Positions 39,225 through 48,757 of a stretch of DNA of 64,000 nucleotides are shown here, piece after piece. The translations under genes and the position numbers were made by a program. Origin of the DNA: Alphaproteobacteria bacterium (GTDB lineage: Bacteria > Pseudomonadota > Alphaproteobacteria > RF32 > CAG-239); NCBI GenBank assembly GCA_017961285.1, contig JAGCXO010000036.1:9277-73276 (forward strand), written 5' to 3'. Positions within the stretch are counted from its first letter, which is position 1. Every line of letters starts with the position of its first letter. The notes below the pieces were generated by a model. It was not told the origin of the DNA, did not search any database, and saw only the letters and a program-made list of their open reading frames with translations.

Positions 39225-40121
39225 TTATAAAAAAGGCTTTAATAGTTTTATAAAATATGGTGAGGGCTTATTATTTGTTTTATAAATTCCATAACCTATA
39301 TAAGCCAAAACTATGTAATCCGTCTGCTTTGTTTCTATTTTTGAAGATGTTATTTTGTTGTATTCTTTTAAGCTATCAATCGCTAGTTGGCGGTGGATTT
39401 TGTAAAGTGGAAAAAAATCTTGATATTTTGGCATGATGACCACATTCCCAAAGTCAATAATTCCAGCCAAAACGTTATCTTGCTTATCATTCAGTAAAAT
39501 GTTGCTACCGCTTAAATCATTATGGCATAAGGCTTGTTCGGTATTTGGTAATGTTACTTTATATTCATTTAAATCAATACCATGCGACAACAATGCCTGT
39601 TGTACCGCTGCAAAATCAAAATCTTCTCTTAGAGTAACGTCCCAGTTGTCAATCGTCTCGGTAGGTGTCGGAATATTTAGTGGTTTATAATCAATTTGGT
39701 GCATTAAATGGAAAAACATGGCAATATCTTGTGCCAGTTTTGCTTGTTGTTTTGATGTTAAATTTTGATATAAAACGGCATATTCGCTTTCTGATCTGCC
39801 ATCACAGATTTTACCGTAGAATCTTTGAGAAACGGAAAACGGGTATTGGCTCTCAATCAGCTCAATTTTATGGATTTTGCTCTCAAAATACGGCATTAAA
39901 TACGGATAAATTGTATCAATTATCATTTTTTCACGTTGCATTGTCTGCCAAATTATTTCAGCTTTCGGAAACCGTATAATATAATCATCGGCATAATAAG
40001 CCACCGAGCGTGAGCCACTCTGCAAACGTGTAATATTTTGAATATTTTTTAATCCGCTTTGTTGTAAAATATCACGGATAAAATTTAAATTTTCTAATTG
40101 TTCAGTTGCTAGATAATTCAC
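39225..40121 (-). CDS. aminoglycoside/choline-kinase-type phosphotransferase (APH family), paralogue
   Basis: LCHNDLSGSNILL and IIDFGNV. It sits 9 nt upstream of the paralogue and has the same overall layout. Confidence 0.75.
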   Translation of the reverse strand: MNYLATEQLENLNFIRDILQQSGLKNIQNITRLQSGSRSVAYYADDYIIRFPKAEIIWQTMQREKMIIDTIYPYLMPYFESKIHKIELIESQYPFSVSQRFYGKICDGRSESEYAVLYQNLTSKQQAKLAQDIAMFFHLMHQIDYKPLNIPTPTETIDNWDVTLREDFDFAAVQQALLSHGIDLNEYKVTLPNTEQALCHNDLSGSNILLNDKQDNVLAGIIDFGNVVIMPKYQDFFPLYKIHRQLAIDSLKEYNKITSSKIETKQTDYIVLAYIGYGIYKTNNKPSPYFIKLLKPFL

Positions 40122-40248
40122 TTAATAACCCCATAACTACCGTAGTGGAGTATAATGCAGGAAAACATAATTTTTTCTTAAAATAATTTATTAAATCAAT
40201 CTTTGTATGTCCAAACCAAAAAAAAATTTGTAAAAAATTGTCGGGGCA

Positions 40249-40278
40249 CTTGCATCGGCTTTTTTTTGTTCCTATATA
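40249..40278 (+). promoter_or_regulatory. candidate RpoH (sigma-32) heat-shock promoter of dnaK
   Basis: CTTGCA, 16-nt spacer, CCTATATA, about 40 nt upstream of the dnaK ATG. It resembles the CTTG-N16/17-CYTATNT consensus used for alphaproteobacterial RpoH promoters. Confidence 0.45.
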
Positions 40279-40315
40279 GCAAGTAGAAAAAGTTTAACAA
40301 AGAGAGGATTTTAAT

Positions 40316-42235
40316 ATGAGCAATAAAGTTATTGGTATTGACCTTGGCACAACAAACTCTTGTTTTGCCGTTATGGAAGGCAAAGATGCCAAAGTTTTGG
40401 AGAACAGCGAAGGTGCAAGAACAACTCCTTCGATTGTGGCTTTTACGGACAATGAAAGATTGGTCGGTGCGGCGGCAAAACGTCAGGCAGTTACCAATCC
40501 GGAAAATACATTGTTTGCAATCAAGCGTTTAATCGGGCGCAGATTTGATTCTCCCGAAGTCGAAAAAGATAAAAAGCTGGTTCCTTTCAAAATTATTTCC
40601 GGCGATAATGGAGATGCTTGGGTTGAAGTAAAAGACCAAAAATATGCTCCGTCACAGATTTCGGCGATTGTATTGCAAAAAATTAAGGAATATGCCGAGG
40701 CTTATTTGGGCGAAAAAATTGACAAGGCGGTTATTACCGTTCCGGCATATTTTAATGACTCTCAACGTCAGGCCACCAAAGATGCCGGAAAAATTGCCGG
40801 TTTGGACGTTCTGCGTATTATCAACGAGCCGACAGCGGCCGCTTTGGCCTATGGCTTGGATAAAAATACCAGCGGAACGATTGCGGTTTATGACTTGGGC
40901 GGCGGAACTTTTGATATTTCCATTTTGGAAATCGGCGATGGTGTTTTTGAGGTTAAGTCCACTAACGGTGATACTTTCTTGGGCGGTGAAGACTTTGACC
41001 AACGCATTGTTAATTATTTGGCTGATGAATTCAAAAAAGAAAGCGGTATCTATTTGAAGAATGACCGTTTGGCTTTGCAACGTTTGAAAGAGGCTGCAGA
41101 AAAGGCAAAAATCGAGCTTTCTTCCGCAACGCAGACAGATGTTAATTTGCCGTTTATTACCGCGGATGCTACCGGTCCTAAACACTTGAATATCAAGTTG
41201 ACACGTGCAAAATTGGAATCTTTGGTCGATGATTTGATTGAGCGCACTGTTGCTCCTTGTAAAAAGGCTTTGGCAGATGCCGGTTTGAGCGCAGGTGATG
41301 TGAAAGAAGTTATCTTGGTAGGCGGTATGACACGTATGCCGAAAGTTCAGGAAAAAGTTAAGGAAATATTCGGTAAAGAGCCGCACAAAGGCGTTAACCC
41401 GGATGAAGTTGTTGCCGTCGGTGCAGCTATTCAGGGCGGTGTGTTGATGGGCGACGTTAAAGATGTGTTGCTTTTGGATGTTACTCCGTTATCTTTGGGT
41501 ATTGAAACATTGGGCGGTGTATTTACACGTTTGATTGATCGTAATACCACCATTCCGACACGCAAGAGCCAAGTTTTCTCTACTGCCGAAGACGGACAGA
41601 GCGCTGTTACCATCAGGGTTTTCCAAGGTGAAAGAGAAATGGCTGCCGATAACAAGCTTTTGGGACAATTTGATTTGGTCGGAATTCCGCCGGCACCGCG
41701 CGGTATGCCGCAAATTGAGGTTACATTCGATATTGACGCCAACGGTATTGTTAATGTTTCGGCAAAAGATAAGGCTACAAACAAAGAGCAAGCCATTCGT
41801 ATTCAGGCCAGCGGCGGTTTGTCTGATGCAGATATTGAAAAAATGGTGAAAGATGCCGAGGCTAATGCCGAAGCCGACAAGAAGAAGAAAGAAATTGTTG
41901 AGGCTAAAAATCAGGCTGAAGCTCTTGTTCATACTACCGAAAAAACTTTGAAGGAAAATGCCGATAAGATTTCGGAAGCTGATAAAAAGGCTATCGAAAC
42001 CGAATTGAATGCTTTGAAGACGGCTTTGGAAGTTGACGATGTTAACGTTATCAAAGAAAAGACTGAAAGTTTGATGCAAGCATCACTGAAGTTGGGCGAG
42101 GCAATGTATAAACAATCGGCGGCGGCAGGTGCGGCCGGTGCGCAGGGTCCGGATATGGGCGCAGGCGCGGCAGGCGGTGCGGAACAGCCGAAAGATGACG
42201 GTGTTGTCGATGCCGACTTTGAAGAAGTGAAGTAA
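40316..42235 (+). CDS. dnaK: molecular chaperone DnaK (Hsp70)
   Basis: [29 protein letters not shown] and the C-terminal DADFEEV. 639 aa. Confidence 0.98.
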   Translation: MSNKVIGIDLGTTNSCFAVMEGKDAKVLENSEGARTTPSIVAFTDNERLVGAAAKRQAVTNPENTLFAIKRLIGRRFDSPEVEKDKKLVPFKIISGDNGDAWVEVKDQKYAPSQISAIVLQKIKEYAEAYLGEKIDKAVITVPAYFNDSQRQATKDAGKIAGLDVLRIINEPTAAALAYGLDKNTSGTIAVYDLGGGTFDISILEIGDGVFEVKSTNGDTFLGGEDFDQRIVNYLADEFKKESGIYLKNDRLALQRLKEAAEKAKIELSSATQTDVNLPFITADATGPKHLNIKLTRAKLESLVDDLIERTVAPCKKALADAGLSAGDVKEVILVGGMTRMPKVQEKVKEIFGKEPHKGVNPDEVVAVGAAIQGGVLMGDVKDVLLLDVTPLSLGIETLGGVFTRLIDRNTTIPTRKSQVFSTAEDGQSAVTIRVFQGEREMAADNKLLGQFDLVGIPPAPRGMPQIEVTFDIDANGIVNVSAKDKATNKEQAIRIQASGGLSDADIEKMVKDAEANAEADKKKKEIVEAKNQAEALVHTTEKTLKENADKISEADKKAIETELNALKTALEVDDVNVIKEKTESLMQASLKLGEAMYKQSAAAGAAGAQGPDMGAGAAGGAEQPKDDGVVDADFEEVK

Positions 42236-42254
42236 TAGTAACACTACTCAAAAA

Positions 42255-42293
42255 TGCAAAATCCCTCTTGAGATGTCTCAAGAGGGATTTTTG
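42255..42293. terminator. bidirectional terminator after dnaK
   Basis: Stem of about 12 bp, TCCCTCTTGAG/CTCAAGAGGGA, with flanking A/T runs. Confidence 0.7.
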
Positions 42294-42959
42294 TTAGAGT
42301 TCCATCACAAGGAATGCTGATACATTATCGTCGCACTCCGTGTAATACTCATTACCGGTGGCAAAATGGAGAGAATAGTTGTATGTGTCATCTTTCTCCG
42401 GGTCGCCGCAGGTATAGAGATACCCTTTGGATTGAAGACGTTCTTCTCCGATTTTCTCCAGCATTTGGGAGATTTGGTCTTTGTATTCAAAGACCTTTTT
42501 GATTTGCTCTTCGGTGGGGAGATGTCCCTCGAAATCTTTAATGATTTCGCGGATGTCTCCGGGAAGAAGGCTGTTAAGAAAAATCTCCCTGAGGAGAACG
42601 AATTTGTCCTCGATGATGATACCTTTCACATCGTCAAATTTTCTGCCTTTGAAGATGCGCGGGTAATAAACCGCGGTCTCATTCGTGCCAAGATACGGAG
42701 ACCTGTAGCGGATGAGATGGGTTCGCTGTCTTTTTCTCTGTGCGCGCAGGTAGGAAAGAGTGGGAGAGGATGATGTATATTCTTCCTCGGCGGCAAGCTG
42801 GTCGGCTTTGGGTTCTTCTTCTGCGGGAGGTTCTTCGTCAGAGGGGTCTTCTTTTTTCGGTGGATTGACATCAGGCTGTTTGCTGATTAATTTATAGGCC
42901 ATGGTAAAAAAGCCTATAATCATTACAGCCAAAATGGAATAAGCAATAATGTAAAACAT
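42294..42959 (-). CDS. hypothetical membrane-anchored protein
   Basis: One N-terminal TM helix, a Pro/Glu-rich linker (PPKKEDPSDEEPPAEEEP), then a globular C-terminal region. No family recognised. Confidence 0.45.
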   Translation of the reverse strand: MFYIIAYSILAVMIIGFFTMAYKLISKQPDVNPPKKEDPSDEEPPAEEEPKADQLAAEEEYTSSSPTLSYLRAQRKRQRTHLIRYRSPYLGTNETAVYYPRIFKGRKFDDVKGIIIEDKFVLLREIFLNSLLPGDIREIIKDFEGHLPTEEQIKKVFEYKDQISQMLEKIGEERLQSKGYLYTCGDPEKDDTYNYSLHFATGNEYYTECDDNVSAFLVMEL

Positions 42960-43041
42960 AATAAATATTTTTGGTGAATAAAATAATATTTTCTTGCCTG
43001 CTTATATAGGACAAAAAGACAAAAAATGCAAGAAATATATT

Positions 43042-44103
43042 TTATTCAGCAGATTTTTTAGACTTTAGTTGCCCGCAGGCGGCCAAAATATCTTGTCCTC
43101 GGGCGGTGCGAATCGGAGCGGCAAAGCCATGCTTTTGCAATTCTTGTGAAAAAGCATGAATGCGGTTGTTGGAGCTGGGAACAAAATCACATCCCGGCCA
43201 TGGGTTGAAAGCTATCAAATTAAACTTGGCGTTAATTTGATATTTCTTCATCAGTTGCATTAACTCTTGTGCGTGAGCATATGTATCGTTGAAATTTTGC
43301 AACATCAGATATTCAAAAGTGATGTATCCGCCGTGATTTTGCTGATATTGATGACAAGCCGGCATCAGTTCGGTGAGGGGATATTTTTTGTTGATGGGCA
43401 TGATTTGCGTGCGCAGTTCGTCATTTGGGGCATGGAGGCTGATGGCAAGACGAGTGCCGATTTCTTGGTCAAAGTCGGCAATATGCGGAACAATGCCGGA
43501 GGTGGAGACGGTTATACGTCGCTTGGAGATGGCAATTCCTTCGCCATCTGAAAGGATATTGACGGCTTTTTTTAAGTTTTCAAAGTTTTGAAAAGGCTCG
43601 CCCATACCCATAACAACAATGTTAGAAAGCATACGGGCTTGTTCTTTTAAGTTCCATTCATTATAAGCATCGCGGGCGACCATAAATTGGGCGACAATTT
43701 CGCCGGCTGAAAGATTGCGAGTGAGCTTTTGGCTTCCGGTATGGCAAAACTTGCAGCCCATGGCACAGCCGACTTGCGTGGAAATGCAGACGGCTCCGCG
43801 GTCTTCTTCGGGAATATAAACCATTTCAACTCTTTGGCCGTCGGCAAATTGGAGTAGCCATTTGTGGGTGCGGTCAACAGAAATTTGCTCATCAACAATC
43901 TGTGGGCGAGTTAGGCTGAAATGTTCGGAGAGTTTTTGGCGCAAGGGTTTGGAGAGATTTGTCATCTCTTCAAAATCGGTTTTGCCGTAGTAGTAAATCC
44001 ACTGCCAAATTTGTTTGGCGCGAAATGCCGGCTCGCCCAAATCTTTGAGCTGTTGGGTGAGTTCTTCTTTGGAAAGTCCGATTAATTCGATTTTTTCACT
44101 CAT
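43042..44103 (-). CDS. rlmN: 23S rRNA/tRNA m2A methyltransferase RlmN (radical SAM)
   Basis: CISTQVGCAMGCKFCHTG radical-SAM cluster, GMGEP, and the C-terminal ACGQL. The ATG overlaps the upstream stop as ATGA. Confidence 0.95.
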   Translation of the reverse strand: MSEKIELIGLSKEELTQQLKDLGEPAFRAKQIWQWIYYYGKTDFEEMTNLSKPLRQKLSEHFSLTRPQIVDEQISVDRTHKWLLQFADGQRVEMVYIPEEDRGAVCISTQVGCAMGCKFCHTGSQKLTRNLSAGEIVAQFMVARDAYNEWNLKEQARMLSNIVVMGMGEPFQNFENLKKAVNILSDGEGIAISKRRITVSTSGIVPHIADFDQEIGTRLAISLHAPNDELRTQIMPINKKYPLTELMPACHQYQQNHGGYITFEYLMLQNFNDTYAHAQELMQLMKKYQINAKFNLIAFNPWPGCDFVPSSNNRIHAFSQELQKHGFAAPIRTARGQDILAACGQLKSKKSAE

Positions 44104-44609
44104 CGGCGGCACTTTTCACTGATGGCACGATAGGCGGCGGAAAAGCCTTTCAAAGAATAGGTATCTTTGGTTAAAGTGCCTTTGAATGATGAGCCTTCAA
44201 TAATCAGTTGGTTGCCGCGTTTCATTTCAGCAACAAGCTTTTTATCGACGTTTTCGCTCAAGGCCCAAGCTTTGTCTTTGTCGGTAAATAAGTCTTTTAT
44301 GACGGTATTGCCGATTTTTACAGTAATTGGTGCATCTTTTTTGTAGGTGTAGCCGGCGACAAAATTTACTACATCAAAGGTTTTGTCGGCGGGACGATGG
44401 GTTATGGCCATAAAAACCTCACCGCGAGAGGTGTATTTGCCCTCGGATTTTGAGGGAAAGCTGGTCATATAACACATAATGCTTTTGCCTTCGGGCATAT
44501 AATATGCAGACCAATCACCGTAATCTCCGATCAGTGTCGGAGAAGCGGCGAAAACAGGGGCAGACAGCAAATAGAATGCACAAATAATTGCCAAAGCGAT
44601 TTTTTTCAT
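44100..44609 (-). CDS. invasion-associated locus B (IalB)-like periplasmic protein
   Basis: Signal peptide, GDWSAYY start of the mature protein, and a C-terminal LKGFSAAYRAISEKC. Size and coupling to rlmN are as in many alphaproteobacteria. Confidence 0.5.
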   Translation of the reverse strand: MKKIALAIICAFYLLSAPVFAASPTLIGDYGDWSAYYMPEGKSIMCYMTSFPSKSEGKYTSRGEVFMAITHRPADKTFDVVNFVAGYTYKKDAPITVKIGNTVIKDLFTDKDKAWALSENVDKKLVAEMKRGNQLIIEGSSFKGTLTKDTYSLKGFSAAYRAISEKCRR

Positions 44610-44699
44610 TGTTTTTATCCTTTTTTGCGGTTAATTTCCGCTTATATTGATACAAAATGATTTAAATTGCAATCGGAGATTTTTTTTAAGCGAGTTGAA

Positions 44700-45914
44700 A
44701 TGATTAGAGATAATTATCTGGATATAAAAAAAATTGCTGATAATCCGGAAATTTTTAAGATATTTGATATTGTGCGCAATTGCGGCGGAGTGATCAGGTT
44801 TGTCGGTGGTGCGGTGAGAGATGCTATTGCCGGAAGGAAGAGTTTTGATATTGATTTGTCAACCGATTTGTCGCCGGAAGAGCTGTTGGAAGCTTGTGAA
44901 GATGCCGGTGTTAAAACCGTGCCTATCGGGCTGAAGTTTGGGACATTGGGCGTGCTTATAAACGGCAATGTTTTGGAAATTACTTCTTTGCGAAAAGATG
45001 TCAGCACCGACGGAAGACATGCGGTTGTGGAGTTTACGGATGATTGGAAAGAAGATGCTTCAAGGCGCGATTTGACTATAAATGCGGTTTATGCCGATGA
45101 AAAAGGTAATGTCTTTGACTATTATGACGGTATAAGCGATTTGGAAAAAGGATTGGTTCGTTTTATCGGTGATGCGGACCAAAGAATTAAGGAAGATTAT
45201 TTGCGAATTTTGAGGTTTTTCCGTTTTCATTCTTTGTTTGCCAAGACAAAATATGATAAAAAAGCTTTGAAGGCCTGTGTCGATAATAGGGAAGGATTGG
45301 AAAAAATTTCGATTGAGCGAATTAGGGACGAGTTGATAAAAATTATTTTAACTCCTAATGCGCCGAAGGTTTTTGCGACAATGTTTGAGAATGATATTTT
45401 GCATAATTGGCTGGGAAAATCTGAGTATTTGAGCAATTTGCAATTTTTGATTAATATGGAAGAAGCTTATGGTTTGGAGCCTTGTTATTTGCGCAGATTT
45501 TTTGTGTTATATTTTCCGGACAAAGAGTTGGCGGAGAATATTGCGGTTAGGTTGCATATGACCAAAAAGCAAAAAGAAAAAATGATGAAATTGGCCGATA
45601 ACAGTATAGGGGTTGAAAATATATCGGAAGAAAAGCTGAGACGGAAAATTATATATCAATACGGCAAGGAAATTTGTTTTGATAAGCTGTTGATAGAATC
45701 GGCCAGAAAGCAGGTCGTTCCCGAAAATATGGGGCAAGTTTTGAAGGCGATTGAAAATGCCAAAGAAGATGTTTTTCCGGTTAGCGGACGTGATGTTATT
45801 AAATTGCGCCAAGTTGAAGGGGCTCAAGTCGGCGCAATATTGGACAAGCTGGAAAAAATGTGGCTGGACAGCGATTTTTCGCTCTCAAAAGAAGAGTTGC
45901 TGAAACAAATTTAA
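44700..45914 (+). CDS. cca: CCA-adding tRNA nucleotidyltransferase / poly(A) polymerase family protein
   Basis: RFVGGAVRDAIAG, DIDLST and RRDLTINAVY motifs. The start could also be the TTG at 44667. Confidence 0.85.
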   Translation: MIRDNYLDIKKIADNPEIFKIFDIVRNCGGVIRFVGGAVRDAIAGRKSFDIDLSTDLSPEELLEACEDAGVKTVPIGLKFGTLGVLINGNVLEITSLRKDVSTDGRHAVVEFTDDWKEDASRRDLTINAVYADEKGNVFDYYDGISDLEKGLVRFIGDADQRIKEDYLRILRFFRFHSLFAKTKYDKKALKACVDNREGLEKISIERIRDELIKIILTPNAPKVFATMFENDILHNWLGKSEYLSNLQFLINMEEAYGLEPCYLRRFFVLYFPDKELAENIAVRLHMTKKQKEKMMKLADNSIGVENISEEKLRRKIIYQYGKEICFDKLLIESARKQVVPENMGQVLKAIENAKEDVFPVSGRDVIKLRQVEGAQVGAILDKLEKMWLDSDFSLSKEELLKQI

Positions 45915-45933
45915 TTCTATATTGGCGGCCTTT

Positions 45934-46035
45934 GCGCGGACGTTTATGCGCCGAGCGAGGAATGACAATTATAATAAATGTCATCGCTCGTTTTCTGCGT
46001 AAGCGAAAAACGTCCAGCGATCTTCGAGTTTTTTT
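45934..46035. repeat. about 100-bp palindromic intergenic repeat, copy 1
   Basis: Direct repeat of 46083-46182, nearly identical from atgacaatt to cttcgagtttttt. Internally self-complementary (cggacg/cgtcc, cgagcga/tcgctcg, atgaca/tgtcat). Confidence 0.85.
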
Positions 46036-46082
46036 AGATATAAGGAAGCAGTGCTTGCGCACTGAAGTTTAGATCCCTTGAT

Positions 46083-46182
46083 GCACGGACGCTTTCGCAC
46101 CGAGCAAGGGATGACAATTATATAAATGTCATCGCTCGTTTTCTGCGTAAGCGGAAAACGTCCAGCGATCTTCGAGTTTTTT
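46083..46182. repeat. about 100-bp palindromic intergenic repeat, copy 2
   Basis: Second tandem copy of the repeat. Like copy 1, it is followed by a tagatccct motif. Confidence 0.85.
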
Positions 46183-46200
46183 ATTGACTAATCGGTAGAT

Positions 46201-46228
46201 CCCTCCAAAAACGTTAGTTTTTGGAGGG
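46201..46228. repeat. perfect 12-bp stem hairpin followed by a third GGGATGACA motif
   Basis: CCCTCCAAAAAC-gtta-GTTTTTGGAGGG. It lies about 35 nt beyond the stop of the Lon-like gene and may act as its terminator, although no clean U-run follows. Confidence 0.6.
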
Positions 46229-46262
46229 ATGACAGTTTTTTATTGCTTTAGCGGCAATAGAT

Positions 46263-48701
46263 CTAGCACTTTATGCAGCCCATGGTTTCTTTGGCATATT
46301 GAACATAGCGTTGATAATATTTTTCGAGGCTTTGTTTTACCATCCAATTTACAGTATCCTTCGGGAAAACACCTTGTTTGTTGGGTTTCCCGGCTTTTAT
46401 ACCGGTTAAAATCTCAATCCCGTCATCAACATTGTCAATGGCATAAATATGGAATTTTCCTTCATTTACGGCATTGATGACATCTTCTCTCAACATAAGG
46501 TTGGAGACGTTGGCTCTCGGAATGATAACTCCCTGATCGCCGGTCAAACCTTTGTGGGAGCAGACATCAAAGAAGCCTTCAATCTTTTCGTTTACACCGC
46601 CGATGGGTTGGATGTCACCAAATTGGTTGATGGAACCGGTTACAGCGATATTTTGTTTGATAGGAATGCCGGCAATTGCGGAGAGCAGGCAATAGTATTC
46701 GGTTGAAGATGCGCTGTCGCCGTCAACGCCGCCGTATGATTGTTCAAAAACAATCGAGGCAGAGAGCGAGAGCGGAGAATCTTTGGCAAAGCGATTGGCA
46801 ATAAGTGATTGCAAAATCAAGACGCCTTTGGTGTGAATCGGGCCGCTCATGTTGGTTTCGCGCTCAATGTTGATTACCTCACCGCTACCGATGCGAGCTT
46901 GAACGGTTATTCTTGCCGGTTTTCCGAAAGAAAAGCGCGAGAAATTATAAACTACAAGACCGTTGATTTGTCCGACTTTGCTGCCTTTTATATCCAACAG
47001 AATCGTGTTGTTATCAATTTGCTCAAGCATGGCTTGTTTGATGCGGTCGTTTCGGTAAACCTGTTCGGCAATGGCTTGTTCAATATGTTTTTTGCCGATT
47101 TGTTTGGAGTTGGAAACTCTTGCCCAATAGTCTGCTTCACGCAAAAGGTCGCCGATGGAGGCAATATGTGCGGTCAGCTTTTTGGAATCTTCGGCCAAAC
47201 GGGATGAGTGCTCGATAATGCGGGCAACTGCTTGTTTGTTCAAATTGCGAAGTCTCTTTTTGTTGGAGAGCGAGCCGATAAGTTTGGCATATTCGATTTC
47301 GTTTTCGTCGTTGCGGTCCATCAAAGTTCCGAAGTCGGCCTCAACTTTGAAATAATCCGAAAAATCGGGATCGCGCTCGGTTAAAAGCTCGTATAATTCC
47401 TCGTCACCGGTAAGAATTATTTTGATGTCGAGAGGAATTGGTTCCGGATCAAGGGAAATGGTTGTAAAGCTTGTTTCTTCGCCGGGGCTTTCAATTTTTA
47501 TGCTCTTGGAAGCAAGCGAGCGTTTGAGTGAATCCCATGCATAGGGCTGAAGCAAAAGTTTGCGCGCATCAATCAGCAAAAATCCGCCGTTGGCACAATG
47601 CAAAGCTCCGGCCTTAATCAAGGTGAAGTCGGTCAAAAGGGCACCATATTGTTGTATTCTTTCAACACGGCCGACAAGGTTGCCTTGTGTCGGGTGATAG
47701 AGATGAACAATCGGCGCACCGGAATCAGGCTCGTTTTTGACGATTACATTAACCTTAAATTTGGCAAACTTATCTTCTTCCTGACGATTTACTTTTGCCA
47801 GTAATGCGGCCAAAGCATCTTCTTCTCCATTTTTATTTCCTGCAGTGCCGTCATCGGGCAGAAAATCTTCAATGTTTGTAGTAATGTGGTTTTGGATGTT
47901 TTTCAAGAAATCTATAATTTCGCGATGGCCTTTATATTTTTGTCGCAGGTCATCAATGGGTTTTTTGACGGCCAGTTTGATGAACTTTTCACGCAAGAGA
48001 TTGTGTTCGGAACGTTGCTTGTCTTCCCATTCGGGCAAGTCTTTGGCAACTTTTTCGATTTCTTCCTGCATTTGGTTGAGGTCATTGATTAGGGCCTTTT
48101 TTTCTTCTTCAGGTAGTTTGTCAAATGTTTCGGGACTCAAAATTTCACCGTTTTTCATCGGCGCAACAACCATACCTACCTGCATATGCATAAGAGAAAC
48201 ATTTTTACCTTTGGCTTTTTTTTGCAGAATCTGCATATATTCATCTTTTTTGTGGCGGTATTTTTCGTTGATGATGTTCACGCCGGCTTTATATTCTTCG
48301 GTTTCTAAAATTGAGGGAATCGCAATGCTGAAATCTTCGATTAGTTTATCGATATCTTTTGCAAATTCACAACCTTGTCCGGCCGGAAAACTGATGCAAT
48401 GAGGTTTGTAGGGCTCTTCAAAATTGTAGATATAGGCCCAATCTTTCGGGGTGGGGCGTTTTTTGGCTTCTTCTTCCAAAATGCGCTTAACAAGGCTGGT
48501 TTTCCCGGTTCCTTCGGGACCAAGACAGAAAAGATTGTATCCTTTTGACTTGATGTTAATTCCAAGTTCAACAGCGCTGATTGCACGATCTTGCCCCAAA
48601 GCAGACATGCGTTCTTCGAGTTCTGCGGTGGTGGTAAAATCAAATTTTCGGGGATTGCAAACAGTGTATAATTGTTGAGATTTTAATTTTGAAATGCTCA
48701 T
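46263..48701 (-). CDS. Lon-related ATP-dependent protease (YcbZ/LonH-like, COG1067 type)
   Basis: N-terminal GQDRAISAVELGI...LGPEGTGKTSLV AAA+ module, a long helical insertion, and a C-terminal Lon protease domain (GVDGDSASSTEYYCLLSAIAG, GGVNEKIEGFF). 812 aa. Confidence 0.8.
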   Translation of the reverse strand: MSISKLKSQQLYTVCNPRKFDFTTTAELEERMSALGQDRAISAVELGINIKSKGYNLFCLGPEGTGKTSLVKRILEEEAKKRPTPKDWAYIYNFEEPYKPHCISFPAGQGCEFAKDIDKLIEDFSIAIPSILETEEYKAGVNIINEKYRHKKDEYMQILQKKAKGKNVSLMHMQVGMVVAPMKNGEILSPETFDKLPEEEKKALINDLNQMQEEIEKVAKDLPEWEDKQRSEHNLLREKFIKLAVKKPIDDLRQKYKGHREIIDFLKNIQNHITTNIEDFLPDDGTAGNKNGEEDALAALLAKVNRQEEDKFAKFKVNVIVKNEPDSGAPIVHLYHPTQGNLVGRVERIQQYGALLTDFTLIKAGALHCANGGFLLIDARKLLLQPYAWDSLKRSLASKSIKIESPGEETSFTTISLDPEPIPLDIKIILTGDEELYELLTERDPDFSDYFKVEADFGTLMDRNDENEIEYAKLIGSLSNKKRLRNLNKQAVARIIEHSSRLAEDSKKLTAHIASIGDLLREADYWARVSNSKQIGKKHIEQAIAEQVYRNDRIKQAMLEQIDNNTILLDIKGSKVGQINGLVVYNFSRFSFGKPARITVQARIGSGEVINIERETNMSGPIHTKGVLILQSLIANRFAKDSPLSLSASIVFEQSYGGVDGDSASSTEYYCLLSAIAGIPIKQNIAVTGSINQFGDIQPIGGVNEKIEGFFDVCSHKGLTGDQGVIIPRANVSNLMLREDVINAVNEGKFHIYAIDNVDDGIEILTGIKAGKPNKQGVFPKDTVNWMVKQSLEKYYQRYVQYAKETMGCIKC

Positions 48702-48757
48702 TTTATTACCCTATATCAAATGAAAAGTTGTTTTGAGATAGATATAATCATCAAAAA

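Noticed and set aside
45799-46072. ORFs 45799-46062 (-) and 45860-46072 (+) in the track.
   Set aside because: They run through the palindromic repeat units and the 3' end of cca. Both strands stay open there because of the dyad symmetry. No RBS or coding signature is present.
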